Assembly (NCBI GenBank): GCA_013239625.1
Contig: MU056434.1
Location: 1-64,000, forward strand
Direction: 5' to 3'
Source: Lama guanicoe
Lineage: Eukaryota
Length of the DNA: 64,000 nucleotides
The position numbers were made by a program, and so were the translations under genes. Under the pieces are notes generated by a model that saw only the letters and a program-made list of their open reading frames with translations, searched no databases and had not been told where the DNA came from. Each line of letters begins with the position of its first letter. Position 1 is the first letter of the stretch. Shown piece by piece: positions 1 through 15,991 of the stretch.

Positions 1-907
1 ATGAGAAACTGTTATTTTATGATCTTTTCATTAAAAGCTTGATTGAAGACTTTCGCGTGGGGCCTCTGTTCTCTGACTGTTCTCGACAAATGACAAACTG
101 CTTTCCTTTCTCTGTCAACTTCCAGGACCTAGGAGGGTGGGAGCCGGGGTGGGCATCTGTCCGCCATGGTCCTGAGGGTGGGTTTTAGAGGGGCCAGGGC
201 CTCACTTGGTGGCGTGTGCACATCCTGAGCAGGGCACTGGGGTCGGTGTCTTCCTGGGCAGTGTTGGCCCAAGCTGGCCAAGGCAGTTTGGGAAGCAGCA
301 TGTGTGTAGACGGGGCGTGGACCTGGTGGCCTAGGTGAAGACGCCAGAGTCCAGCTGGGACAGGGGAGGGCTCTTTCCAGTCCATTGCTCCTTCCTGTTG
401 CTTGGCCTTGGGGTTGCTGGGGGGTGTTGAGGAAGAGGGAATCATCTTAGTCTGAAGGAATGGGGACAGTAGAGTGGAGGACTGTCCCTCCTGGCCACCA
501 GGGTGGAAATCGTAGGCTGAGTGAAGACCCGGGAGGAGGAGCAGGGGTGGGGCTGGGAGGGTGGTGGCCATCTTAGATCCCCGACTCCATAGACTGTGGG
601 TGTCTGAGTGGCTGCAAGGCCAAGAGATGTGGCCATCACTTCTCTAAATCTTGGTAAGTTCTGTTCAGTATTTTAAGTTCTTTTTTTTTTTTTTGCTTTT
701 ACCAGAGCACTACCTAAATGCAGTTTAAATAATCAAATGTTTCTTTAAAGGCTTAAAACAAAAAATTGTTTCTTGTACTTCCAAGTCCAGCCCACATTAT
801 GCAGGTAACCCCAGAGTCTGGACTTAGGATAGGTGAAAATTTTACTTGGTTTATGCCCTCTTCCACTTCCCTATGCCGCGAATAGTAATCAGATGTGTAG
901 TGTAACC

Positions 908-1095
908 TGGGGGTTGGCAAACTTTCTGAGAAGTAGCCAGATTGTAAATGTTAGGCTTGGTGGGCCGTACTATCTGGTGACTCACCTCTGTGGTCCCAGA
1001 GCCTAAGCAGCAGTGTGAGCAGACGGGTGTGGCCGTGTTCCATCCAATTTCGTTTACAAGAAGTGGTGCAGTGTGGTCGGCCAGCACAGCTTAGT
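908..1095 (+). mobile_element. MER58A-like hAT-Charlie DNA transposon relic
   Basis: GGGGTTGGCAAACTTT...GCCAGATTGTAAAT...GGGTGTGGCCGTGTTCCA...TTTACAA follows the MER58A consensus as recalled. Confidence 0.7.
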
Positions 1096-1149
1096 TATCT
1101 CAATTTGTTCACCACTCCTGAGGTTCCTCCAGGTTTAATAATGATCCTT

Positions 1150-1880
1150 TTTTTCAGGTGCTCAGTTTGATTCGAGTCTGTCTTTCCTTGCTCTCTGACT
1201 GAAATGCCTCCCAGCACAGTTTTTCACAGAGCTTATCTGTCCTGTCATTTTTTTCTCTGGCATATCTATTCCTGAGCCTGCTGTTCTGCACAGGTTGGGC
1301 TGGAGTCCTGCCTTGCTGCCTCTTTTCTTCGCTGACATGCTTCAGTGGCATATTTCCTGCGGTACCATGCTGAGAAAAGAACACACAGAAGGTAGCTTTT
1401 TTGAGATGTAAAATGTTGAAAATGCTTTTAGGTGTCACGTAGTTGATAGTTGGGCTGGGTATAGAATTGTCAGTTGGATTTCACTTTCCTGCTGAATATT
1501 AAAGGGGTTGCTCCACTGGCTCCTACCTTCTCACAAAACAAGACCTCCAGCCCCCTTAGTACGTGACCTTCCTCCCTGGAAGCTTCTGGTGTGGTCTCTC
1601 CACTTTGAGGCTGTTTGTCTGTATGTTGGGCTGGGCGTATTGTGAGCAAATGCTTACCAATTTTTAAAGCATCTCAGTAGTTATTTTTAATTTTCTTTCT
1701 TCCTTCATTGTTGCATTTTATTCTCTTTTCATGGCTGTGATTGCTAAGGAAATTGCAATTTTGGGGCAGTTTCTTCTGTTTCTTGCATTATATCTAGGTG
1801 CCTTTTGGATCCACTTTTGGTTTGTTTTTATCCTAATCTTTAAGTTTAAATGCTTTCCTCAAATGCTGGGTGACCTTGGC
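1150..1880 (-). mobile_element. Old L1M fragments (5'/ORF1 region, antisense)
   Basis: T-rich, with GCTGGGTATAGAATT...TTGCTCCACTGGCT typical of antisense L1M; boundaries approximate. Confidence 0.45.
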
Positions 1881-4471
1881 AGTTTGTTCCTATCAGGATG
1901 AGGCCCTAAAAAGCTGCTTGGAACCAATCCAACAATTCCCTAAGGTGTGTGGGTTTCATCAAACTCACCTAGCAGGTGGGATGGAGGGAAGGAGACAGTG
2001 TCCCACACGGCTGAGTAAGTCAGGCCTGGTCAGGGAGTCATTCTGTGGGTGGAGGTCAAGGACGGGGGGTTTGAGTGGTAGGTACCACTGTTTCCTAACG
2101 TGTTTTGTTTAAAACATTACTCTTTCCAAAAACTATCTGACCCCGGTGGCTCTCAGTCCTGTGCTGGGTGAAGGGCGGGGGGGAGGGGGGGGAGGTTTGA
2201 GGAAAGAAAAGGGGTGGGGTAGGAAAAGAGCCCCCTCGGTCCCAAGGAAAGGGGAAGGGTGCAGAGGAAAGGCTAGGGAGAGTGAGCCAGAGACTGCCCC
2301 ATCTTCACGCCTGAGGGGTGTCCCGAAGCTGCGTACTTCGGGAAATGTTTCCCATGGGCCTTCTGCAAGGACCTTTTCTGAATTTAAATGTAAAGGAAGC
2401 GGGTGGCTGGCTCCTTCCCAAACCCGGGGTTGCCAGGCATGTTCTTAAAGGTCTCAGTGCCATCGAATGTTACTGCTGCTGGTTCCAAGAGGCCACCCCT
2501 GCCTCAAGGGGCACCTGGGGACGTTACAGAGTTTGCTCAGGGCAGGTTTTTTTGGTTCCTGTGGTTTAGGATGTTAACTGGACTTAACATGGGGGCCATT
2601 TTGCAAAGTGCGTCCTTCCATGACGTCTCTTATCACATGTCCACACTGATGCTGCCTTGGCCACAGGCCGCAGCAGAGGTGCATGGTGCAGTGGTTCGTG
2701 GCCACCAGGAGCCTGTGGTAACTGTGGAGGGGTTGGGAAGATGACAGTGTTTCCATCTTGAGCGCAGGAGACACCGGACCTGGCCAGGGGGCCCTAGAAC
2801 CTGCCCACGTTGGGATTCTACAGGCAGCGGTCCCTGGGCCTTGGGGAAGTGGGCAGTGCTGTCCCCAATCCCCCTTCTCTGTCGTGCCAGTGGGCTGTCA
2901 GCACGAGCTCTTAGAGCTGGACTTCCCGTGTCCCCACAAAGCCTGTCCACTGTCAGGGACGCAGACCACAGCCTTCAAGAGCAGCGTGAGGGAGCCGCCA
3001 ACCACCTCTGTCCCTGGTAGGAGGCGATGTGCGAGGCCCCGTCCCAGCCAGGCTCCTTTCACAGTGGAGAAGGTGATGGAGACAGTTGGAAAATGCATCC
3101 CGGCAGCTTGGGAACCACACTGCCAGGAGGGAGTTTCAGGGTGGGATGTTGCCAGGGAGCGTGTCCCCGGGAAGCTGACGCTGGGGTTGGGATGAGGCCT
3201 GAAGGAATTGAGGGGAGAGGCCAGGCAGGGGGAGGAGCAGGTGGAAAGGCCCTGTGGCAGGCGTGTCTGAGGAGCAGCAGGAGGCAGGTTCCGGGCTGTG
3301 CCCAGCCAGGGAGGTCATGTGGGGGTTTGGATTTATGCCCTGGGAGCTGGGCTGGTCCTTGGGCTGCTGTGGGGATACAGGGCGAGAGTAGGCTATTTGG
3401 GGGGCTGCAATGATCCAGTCCAGAGCAATGGCCTGGTCCGAAGAGGTCGGAAGTTGGAGACTTGGTTTTGTATTTAAACCTATTTAGCAAGCACTTCTGT
3501 GTCACTTACTGTATGTGTACCAGTAACGTCTCGAGTGCTCTGCAGATAGCACCTTGCTTACTCTTGGAGACAGTCCTGGCAGGGTAGGTGACATCTCCAT
3601 TTACAAGCTTGGAAGTGGAGGGACAGGTAGGGCAGGGATGGGCGATGGAAGAGCCCCAGGTGTGGGCACCGGCCGGAGAAAGGGTGCAAGGGGGCATCAA
3701 GGTTTCCAGGGCAGCAGCTCAGGGGGCAGGACTAACTGATGGGCCATAGCGGCCGTGTGGGGTGTCAGGAGCCCCTGATGGGACTCCAGGGCGCTGCATG
3801 GGCAGGGAGTCCCCACTTGAGGTGGGGTTTGGAGAGACTGAACCCCAGGACCCTGGGTGAGATCTGCAGGTGGGGAACAGCCCGGGGCCCATGGGGACAG
3901 AAAGGAGAGCATGGGTCACCCGGTGGACTGCAGCCAGCAGGTGTCTCAGGGAAAACCAAGAAGTGGCTGTTTCTCTGAGGGTCTGTGACTCGAGGAAGCA
4001 AAGCTGGAGTGCTGGCTCTCTCCCCTCGTCTCCCGGTGCAGACAAGGGTCTTTAACCAGGAGGCCAAGGTCTGCCTCCTTTGGGTGAACCCTGGGGATTG
4101 GGGGCCACCTCACCTCTGTCCAGGGGGCCTGGCTTCAGGCGAGCCCCGGGGCCTCCCCACAGGGCAAGCTGGGAGCTGGTTGGCACTGGTCACATAGGTG
4201 GCCGGGGGCCCATCTTCCAAAAGTGCCACCTGAGACTGGACCCTCCTGTGCTGGAGACCAACAGGGAGTCTCCGCTTGCTGCTGGGATGGCCGCCGTCGG
4301 GCTGAGGGTTCCTTGTCCAGATGCCATCATTTGGGGGAATAGTTTCACCTTCCCGGCATCCTTCTTCCTCCAATTACAACTATTTATTTTTCTTACCAAA
4401 GCAACAGATGTCGACTGGGAAAAAACAAAACATCCCTAGGTTTGCAAAAAGAAGCAAATAAGAAAGCTCTT

Positions 4472-4581
4472 GGTGGCGGGAGGGTATAGCTCAGTAGCAG
4501 AGCGCATGCTGAGCATGCATGAGGTCCTGGGTTCAATCCCCAGTACCTCCATTAAAAAAAAAAGAGAGAGAGAAAGAAAGA
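4472..4581 (+). mobile_element. tRNA-derived SINE (Vic-1-like, camelid)
   Basis: GGGAGGGTATAGCTCAGTAG...GGGTTCAATCCCCAGTACC (pol III A and B boxes), A/GA-rich tail, TSD AAGAAAGCTC (4460-4469, 4582-4591). Confidence 0.85.
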
Positions 4582-5739
4582 AAGAAAGCTCGTCATCTAT
4601 CTGTCCCAGTGACTGGATGTCTAACCGTTAGGTGCACAGAGAGCCATGTCAGACAGGACCCCAGAAACCAAGTGCTCAGGGGATACTGCTGCATGTGTAG
4701 GCAACAGCATATGCAGAGTTTGGAGCCATGAAAGCACGCGGTCTGTTTAATGGACTGAGGCGGGTTTGCGGTGTCTGGACTGGAGAGTGATGGCTGGTGG
4801 GCAGGGCCCACATGTGCAGGACCCTATGTTGCTATTTGACACCTCTCAGTTTACTTAAACCTGTTTTCTGTGATCCAGGAAAAAATGTTTCAAATCCAAA
4901 AAACAGGGCTCTGCACCACAGGCACAGATTTTATCATTGTTCTGTCTCTGACTGGGACATTTATCGAGCGCCTAACCCCATATGGATATTTTCATGAGAC
5001 TGTGCACAGAATGGGAAACTCCCGCACCCAGGCCTGGCGACGCGGGCAGTGGCACTCGCAGAGCTGCCCCTCCAGGCAGGGCGCTCACACAGCCAGCAGC
5101 TGAGGAGTCTGCGCACTGGCGTTATGGGGGTTGCTTGAAAATTCTCTCAGCTGTTTTATATGTTTGAAAATGTTCACAAGTTCATAAATTTCACAAAGCC
5201 TGAACATTCAGAAATATTGGGGGAAAATGTAGCCTACACATGCTGGGCTGTTGATAATCAACTAAAATTTCAAAAGTACCAAAGGACACAGAAGTTTAGG
5301 GCAGGGCGGTGCAGGGTGGTGGGTGAGCCCTTCCTAGGCTGTGCTCTGTCCCCCCGCCCCCATGGTGTTGCCCTGGTGGATACCCTGGAAGGCGGCTCCT
5401 ACCCAGCTTGGGGGAGTGGGGCCCATAGAGAGAAGGACCTTGAACCTGAGTCCTGGGGGAGGGGCAGAGATGTACGAGTGGGAAGACAGGCAGCTGCTTC
5501 TGGCAGGTCACTGAGAGCAAAGGGCAGAGGCACTGCAGCCAGGGGGTCTGTTTCCATGGTTCCTGTTGCCCACACCCGGCCTGGCCCCCAGGCTTCATTA
5601 GGGGACCAAGTGGGTGGGGAGGGGTCAAAGGGCCCCTCAGCTCATCCTCCACAGCTGCAGTAACCCCAGAGGGGTTGCCCAGCTTCTCCCTCCAACTCAG
5701 ACAGGGTGGAGGCTGCCCCTGCCTGGCTAGCTGTCATCG

Positions 5740-5785
5740 CTGAGCCTCAGTTTCCCTAACCATAAAATGGGATCATGATACCTAC
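5740..5785. mobile_element. MIR SINE core fragment
   Basis: TGAGCCTCAGTTTCCCTAACCATAAAATGGGAT. Confidence 0.6.
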
Positions 5786-5889
5786 CCAGCATGAGTGGTG
5801 GGGGTCGTGGGGACATGACAAGGCAGTGGAAAGTGGCTGTGGGGGACTCCAAGGGCACAGGGCTGCCCAACATGACTGATCAAAGTGCC

Positions 5890-6115
5890 TCCACTAGAGT
5901 TGTCAGCAAATACTCTCTCTAGGAGCCACAGGAAAATGTAAAAGGAAATGAGTGAAACGGATTTGAATGTTTCATCCAGCCCAGTATATTCAAAATACTT
6001 CAATATGTAATTGATACAAAAATTATCAATGAGATGGTTCTTTGTGGGGCCACATCTCAGTCTGGACTCGGGACTCAGATGCTCAGTGCCACGGTCCAGG
6101 GCTGGACATCCAGCA
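5890..6115. mobile_element. MER33-like hAT-Charlie relic
   Basis: CCCAGTATATTCAAAATA...TCAATATGTAATTGATACAAAAATTATCAATGAGAT...CACATCTCAGTCTGGACT. Confidence 0.6.
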
Positions 6116-6194
6116 GTGAAGAGGGAGTGCCCAGCACTGGAGTCAGCGGTGGTGCCGGGCTCAGTGCTCAGTGCCCTAGCCATGCGAACCATGG

Positions 6195-6275
6195 GCCGCC
6201 TCAGCCCTACGAGGGAGAGTCTGGTAATAATCCCACTTTACAGGTGAAGAAATTGAGGCACAGAGGCTGGAGCCC
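6195..6275. mobile_element. MIR SINE fragment (opposite orientation to the 5740 copy)
   Basis: ATCCCACTTTACAGGTGAAGAAATTGAGGCACAGAGG. Confidence 0.65.
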
Positions 6276-7059
6276 AGCCTCAAGGCACAGAACTGTGGGG
6301 AGCTTTGCACTTACATTTGCCCCTCCTCCTACCTGCCCGGGCCAGGCCTCCACCATCCCAGGCTGAGCACCAGGAACAGCAGCCAGGACTGTGGGTAGGG
6401 TGGCAGCTGGCCTGGCAGCACAGTGGTACCCCAGTTTCTTCCAATCTCAACACCCACCTTTGTCTTGGTTGCATTCCTATTTGCTTTAGGAATGAGTGTG
6501 TGCCCTAGTTCTGGCTCATGAGAGGTGAGGGAAAAATCTATGGGAGTTTCCCTCCTTAAATGAGAGACCTGCGAGTGTGCTATTTGACTTCCTCTTTTAG
6601 GACCCTCGTGTTTACAAGGTGGCTGCAGCAGTTGCAGCCATCACATGCAGACAAATCAGGTAGGCAATAAAGCTAATATCCCCTCCCTCCATCTTTTTAT
6701 ATTGAGGCAGACCTCCCAGAAACTCCCACCCAGTGGACTTCCTCTCCTGACTTTCACAGGCAGAATCCTACGAGGCAGCAAGACAAACACCATAGTGGCT
6801 TTAGACCAAGCCCTGCTTTACACCTGGGGCTAGGATAGGCCAGGCCTGGCACCTGACAAGAGCAAGCCTTTGGGAAGGAGAACACTAAGGGGCTTGTTCT
6901 GGCAAGAAGGAAAAGGAGCAGGTAGCTTTAGGGTAGGAGACCAACTGTATCTGCATACTCTTCAGATTTTCCTATTTCTGCTTCCTGCTTCATTGTAGGT
7001 CCACCAGCACTGTTAGCCTTTAGCCAGAGGGTCATTCTCTTTTCTTAAAACCTTAAAGG

Positions 7060-7219
7060 AGGGGAGAGGGTATAGTTCAGTGGTAGACCATGTGCTTAGC
7101 ATGCAGAAGGTCCTGGGTTCAATCCCCAGTACCTACATTAATAAACAAACAAACAAACAAACAAACCTAATTACACCCCCCCAAAAACAGTTAAGGAAAA
7201 AAATTTAGATTAAAAAAAA
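7060..7219 (+). mobile_element. tRNA-derived SINE (Vic-1-like)
   Basis: Same head, (AAAC)n middle, A tail, TSD AAAACCTTAAAGG (7047-7059, 7220-7232). Confidence 0.88.
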
Positions 7220-7949
7220 AAAACCTTAAAGGGAAGGCTGCTATACTTCCTCCTTGCTGTAATGCTTGCTGTACATCTTTACCAGGTAGCCTTCACCAGG
7301 TTTGAGTGCCTTACTCTCCCTCTTTGAACTATCCACAGATGTGGAGCTCAGCCACGTGTTCCACATCTGTTGAAATGCACAACTGAAATGATGGTGTCCT
7401 GTCTCTTTTGTCCATGTGGTGAATGACATCGAGTTTCTGAGTTTGAACAGTCTCGGAAGAAACTGCCTGGTTTCCATGTACCTTTTTTTTTTTTAATACC
7501 CCTTTGGATTTGGTTAGCTAATTATTTAGGATTTTTGCATCCAGCTTTATAATTGAAATCGGCCAAAGATAGGTAGATTTTTAAAAGGACAAGTTTACCT
7601 ACAATTTCACCAAACAATGAAATAGCTTGTCTTTCTCTTGTTTCCTTTAAAGATCTTGCCCATGTACTTTACAATCTTAGTTATTTTAGCATAAATGCTA
7701 AATCATATTCTTTTTTTCACTAGACATCAGCATGTCTTTGCATGCCACATAATACTAGAATACCGTATTTAAATAATTACTGTTGTTTCCTTTTGGTGAT
7801 GACTGTAACTAACCACTTCAATGAACCACTTAATGCACTGTGGTTTTTAAAATTTTCTTCCAGGAATAAGTGCCCAGAAGTCAAAAGACGTGAATATGTT
7901 ACAGATTCTGATCTCCTTTCCACAAGAGAGACGATCAGTTGGCAGTGCC

Positions 7950-10850
<2,901 letters not shown>

Positions 10851-11184
10851 GGACCTAGTTTCACTTTGATGCAGACGGTGCTCTGCTTTCATTATTTACC
10901 TTTTTCGTGGTGAACTTGCTCTGGGTGTATCTCTGGTGCACAGGTACATGGGGTTTTGCTCTGGCCTTTATGAAATAGATTTCTTGTTGATTTCTACGTG
11001 TTCTTTAGTCATTTTGGGGTTAACTTTATGGGCTTTGTATCAGTTTTATCACATTTAAGAATTGTGCGTTGTGTCCTAAGAAAATCAATTCTTGCCTGGA
11101 AGTCATAAAGATAGTCTCATACTCTAGATACTTTTCATTGGTGTAAACATTTAGTTTGTCTGGTCATTATAACATTTTGCTTAT

Positions 11185-11460
11185 GGATTCATCCATAGAT
11201 GGGCATTTGGGTTGTTTCCACTTTTCGGAATAATGCTGCAGTGAACATGGGTGTAGAAATATGAGTCCCTGCATTTACTTCTTTTGGGGTATATATATAT
11301 CCATAAGTGGAAATGCTGGATTATATGATAATCCTGCTTATTTTTTAAAAGGAATTTCCGTAAGGCGTCATCCAGCGTCTGGACATCCTCCACGACATTA
11401 GCTGTTTTCTGTCTTTTTTCTTTCTTTTTTAATAATAGCCATTCTAATGAGTGTGATTTT
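11185..11460 (-). mobile_element. L1 3' region fragment
   Basis: GATGGGCATTTGGGTTGTTTCCAC...AATAATGCTGCAGTGAACATGGGTGT...ATAGCCATTCTAA. Confidence 0.8.
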
Positions 11461-12060
11461 TTTTTCACTTTCAAGTTTTACGCATTGTATTCTCTGATTT
11501 TTATAATTTATAATTACAAAGTCAATCCATAAAACAAGATATCTTCGGGAAGCCTAGCTTTTTTTCCGTGCCCTCGACCCTGTTGCCCCCATTCTCTTGG
11601 ACGAACACTTGATTTTTTTTTTTCAGGACTCTTTTTCCTTTAATAATTCAACTGTGTACAGTCACCCTCCCCTTTCCCGCCAGCACAGCGCCGCCGCACT
11701 GAGGCTTCTTGAGCGTCTTGCAACTCCTCCTCCAGGCAGCGTTGAGGGGTGGGCGTGTCATACACCAGTCATCACTATGGTGATGGGGGCGGTCCCCTGC
11801 TACCTCCGCGTGGAGCCTTTTGCAAACGTCTTTTTGTATTTTGCCAGAGATCTTTGAGCTCCAAGCCTCAGAGTGGGACTGTGAGGCAAGGGTGACCACA
11901 CGCATGATAGTGTGAGATTCCCCGTCATTTCTGGGTTTCCCTGTGGCATTCCCGCCCTCATGGGGCCCTCCCCCTCCCCAGAGCATTGCCTAAGGTGTGT
12001 GTGGTCCGTCTGATGGGGAAAAAGGACTTCAGGGTAGTTTTCATTTACATTTATGAGAAG

Positions 12061-12097
12061 GCATTGGTGGTACAGTGGTGAGCATAGCTGCCTTCCA
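12061..12097 (+). pseudogene. Retroposed 5' half of tRNA-Gly(TCC) (tailless retropseudogene)
   Basis: GCATTGGTGGTACAGTGGTGAGCATAGCTGCCTTCCA matches the first 37 nt of tRNA-Gly-TCC with about 2 mismatches (from memory). It is flanked by the direct repeat TTACATTTATGA (12045-12056, 12099-12110). Confidence 0.85.
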
Positions 12098-12479
12098 GTT
12101 ACATTTATGACCAAAGTTGAGAATATTTTTGGTATCTTAGGGCCAGGTGCATTTTCTTTGCTGTAAACTGTTTGCTCCTCTTAAACATGTAGGCTCGCAG
12201 GGGTTCCTCAGTTTTTTCAAAGCTCTTTTCCAGGAGGCACTTGAGCTTTGAGATCTGTGGCGAGAGTAGTCCCGGGTGTGCCACTCTGTTCCTGGTGCTC
12301 TTTTGCCGTCCACATGTTGGGCAACAACTCACTTTCCTATATGGATCCTGGATTTGGGCGGGAAGTGTCCCCCACTTGTGGGTTACTAACGAGTCCCAGC
12401 CTCTGCTCTGCTGCGGATTCAGGGACTTAGCAGGGTTTGTACTGGGAGGATCTTTTGCATTTCTGTGGTCATTTTACAT

Positions 12480-15150
12480 TTGGCTTGTCAATTGCCACAA
12501 AAAGCCTGGGATTTTGGTTGGGATCACACTGAATTTAAAGATCAGTTTGTAGAGAAACGTCTAGGACATGTCTCTCTCCGAAGTTAATTTCTCTCAGTGT
12601 TGTGTGTTTCTAGTGCAGAGGTCTAGTGCGTCTTTCAATTTATCCTTAGGGATTTTATGTTCTGAGCCTTATTACATGTGGTATAGGTTTTTCTTGTTTT
12701 ATTTTCCAACTGTTCTGTGTGCGTAGTGATATAACCCATTGCCTTACACTGACTGTGTAAACTGTGATATTGCTGAATTACTCCCTTATTAGCTCTTTTA
12801 ACTTCTCTGTAGTTTCCTCGGGATTTTATACACAATCTTATCGTCTGTGAATCAGGGCAGTCTCTCTCCTTCCTCCCAGTCTGGGTATCACTGGCCACAC
12901 CCAGTACAATGCTGATTAGAAGTGGTGAGAATGGGCACCCTCATCTTGCTCGGGATCTTAGAGGGGACACCGTTGGTATTTCATCGCGAAGATGTTAACT
13001 GTGAGTTTTTCTTAGAGATGTTTATCAGATCGAGGTGTCCTCTTATTTCTAGTTTGCTGACTTTTCTTTTTTAATCATTATGGATGGGTGTCGGATTTTG
13101 TCCAGTGCTTTTTCTTCCCCCTGAAATGGTCTTTTGGTTTTCCTTCTCAAGTCTGTTCATGTGAAGGACACCAACTGCATCTTAAGTCAACCTTGCATTG
13201 CCGGGATGAGGCCCACTCGGTCACGATGTCCTTTTCGTACATCGAGTTCAGCTTGCTCATTTTTAGTTAAAGATTTCTGCATCTGTGTTCGTTAGAGGGA
13301 TACTGCTCTATCGTTTCATTTTCTTGGAACATCCTTGTCTTCATATCAGGGCTTTGCTGCCCTCGTGAAAAATGAACTGGGAAGTGCTCGCTCCCCTCTT
13401 TTCTGTGTAATGTTGGCATTATTTCTTCCTTATACATTTAGACCCATTTTGGCTTTATGATGAAAAAAGTGACACCTTAGTAATTTTTTTTTTAGCACAG
13501 AAAGACGCAGGAGTGGTCAGTGTGCGCGGCTCAGTGAATTCTCATATAGTAAGAAAGGTGCCAGCGCCTCGGTTCCCCCTTCCTTCCCAGTGCCTCCCTC
13601 CTTCAAAACTGTCCTGGGTTCAAATACCAGCAAGTAAGTGTGCCTCTTCCTGGACTTCAGATGCCATCACACAGGGAGGACCTTTTGCGTCCGGCTCTCC
13701 AGCCAAGCAGCAGAGGGGTCGACCTCATTGTCTGCTGTACTTGCTCCTTTATTTCCATTACTGCCTGGTTCTCTTCCGCATGAGCAACCACGGTGATTGA
13801 CCTCTCATCCAGGGACATTTTGGTCATTTACAGGTTTTGTTTGTTAGGAGTAGTGACTTCAGGACCTCCCTGTTCGTGTGTTCTGGGGCACGGATTTCGT
13901 ACTTCTGCTGGGTACACGTGTGGGAGTGGAACTGCTGGGGATGAGATGCTTGGCCTTCCTGGACACTTGAGTTTCCAAAGTGGTTGGAGCAGCGGACACA
14001 CCAGCTGCAGCATCAGAGTTCCGGGTGCTCCACTTCCTCCCAATACTCGATGTTATCTGACTTTTTATATTTCAGGCACACATGTGGGTGGGTAGGTATC
14101 ACACTGTGGTTTTAATCTGCATTTCCCTGATGACTAATGAAGTTGAACACCTTTTGTTATGTTTATTGGCTGTTTGGACAATCTCCTTTGTGAAATGCTT
14201 GTTCAGGTCTTTTGTTCATTTTTCTATTCAATTGTGTCTGATTTTTAGTAGTTCTTTGTATATTCTGGATATAAGTCCTTTGAACAGATATATATCATTG
14301 TAAATATCTTCCCAGGTCTGTGGCATGCCTTTTCATATAGTCCAAGTTAATTTTTTCCCCTTTATAATTAGTGCCTTTTTTGGTTCTGCTCAAGAAGTCT
14401 TTGTGTATCCCGAGGTCATCAAGACATTCTCTTCTGAATTTTCTTTTAAAAGCTTTTAAAGTTTACCTTCAACAGTCCACCTGGGGTTGATTTTTATGTC
14501 TTGTGTGAGGCAGACCGTCATGATTAAGTTATTTGTCTGTACTCAATACAATACCATTATTGCAAAGACCATCTTTCCCCGACTGCCCTGCAGCATCTGC
14601 GTGTATGCCAGTGTGTCCCCTGGATGTCACCTCCTCCACTGTCCCTTTGTCCTCCCCTGAGCCAACACATCACATTGTCTAAACTACTGTAGTTTAAGGA
14701 CAAGTCTTGATACACAGGTTTGTGGGTCTTTAAGATCCACATAGCTATATTTTGACCTTTGTGTTCCCATACAGATTTTAGACTTGCCAATTTCCACTCC
14801 AAAACTTTCTGGGATTTTGATTGGCATTTGCAGTGAAACTACAGATCAGTTTGGGGAGAGCAAACATCTGTATAATGTTGAGTCTTCCAGTCTGCGAATG
14901 CTTTACTGTTTGTTTAGATGTTCTTTCTCTAAGTCTGTGCAGTTTTCAGTATTTCTTGCGAATCTTTCATTAGATTTACGTCTGGTGTTTGATGCTGTGG
15001 GATGCAGTTGTAAATGGTACTGTTTCCATTTCGTTTTTTGGGTTGGGAGATACACATACACACATGCACGACTGACTTTTGTATATTAGCCTTTACCCTG
15101 GACCTCCACCACAGAACACATTCATAGGTCACTTTGGATTTTCATGCACA
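12480..15150 (-). mobile_element. Cluster of degraded L1M ORF2/3' UTR fragments
   Basis: GGGATTTTGGTTGGGAT, AGTGGTGAGAATGGGCACCCT, TGGTTTTAATCTGCATTTCCCTGATGACTAATGAAGTTGAACAC, TTCTTTGTATATTCTGGATA; several pieces, boundaries approximate. Confidence 0.75.
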
Positions 15151-15991
15151 CAAATGCCACTTCCCAGCTTTATTTCTCCTCCAGGCTCTTAAGCTGTTTC
15201 CTTTCACAGCCTGACTGGCTGGGCCCTCCAGTGCCGCAAGCTGAACAGCAGCCATGACAGATACACCGCCTTGTCTGGGGGACAGCTGTCAGTGTCAGTG
15301 TCAGTGTCACCTCTGAGCATCAGACACTCATGTCAGGGAGGTGCCTGCTCTCAGACCAGCTTCATTTCGGGAACCCTTGTCCCGAGCGTGGACCACACTT
15401 CCCCAAAACCCCTCAGAGGTTCCAGGCTCTTGGGTTGGTCTTTTTGTCTCCTGTGTCATCGAAAGAGGAGCTTTTTTTTTTTTTTTTAAGAGTTTAAACT
15501 TCATTTTGTTTTGAGTCTCTAAAGAGACCTCATTTTCTTGTCAGCTCATGGTTTAGACTTTCTCCCCAGGAGAGTAAGTAGCATTTCCCACTTTCAGGGT
15601 GTGTGATTTGCCATGTTGCCGGAACCTTGCATATGGCATTTGACTGAGTTTCATTTTAGAGCCAATTTGACAAGCTTCCTGTCCAAGTCTCCGAAATCAG
15701 CTCTGCTGGGTGTGAATCGTTTGTACTGTTCTATGCCGTGTCTGGCCTGCACGCCTTCCGCTCCTCCCCTTCCATCTGTCGGCTCTTTCTGGAAGCTACG
15801 CAGTGTTGTGGTCTCCTTTCTACTTGACCACCCCGCCCCCGCAAATGACCTAGAGCGTTTGACTTGGACCAGCCCCTAGGGCCTTTCCCCCTGAATTCTG
15901 TCAGGTTCTGCTTCATAAATGTGCAATCACGTGATGACAGTGACTCTCTACATCTCAGGTCTCTTATTTAAATAAAAGTGCATCTCTCTCT

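Noticed and set aside
4472-4560. SINE heads as functional tRNA genes
   Set aside because: They have A-rich tails and TSDs and no closed acceptor stem, so they are retroposons.
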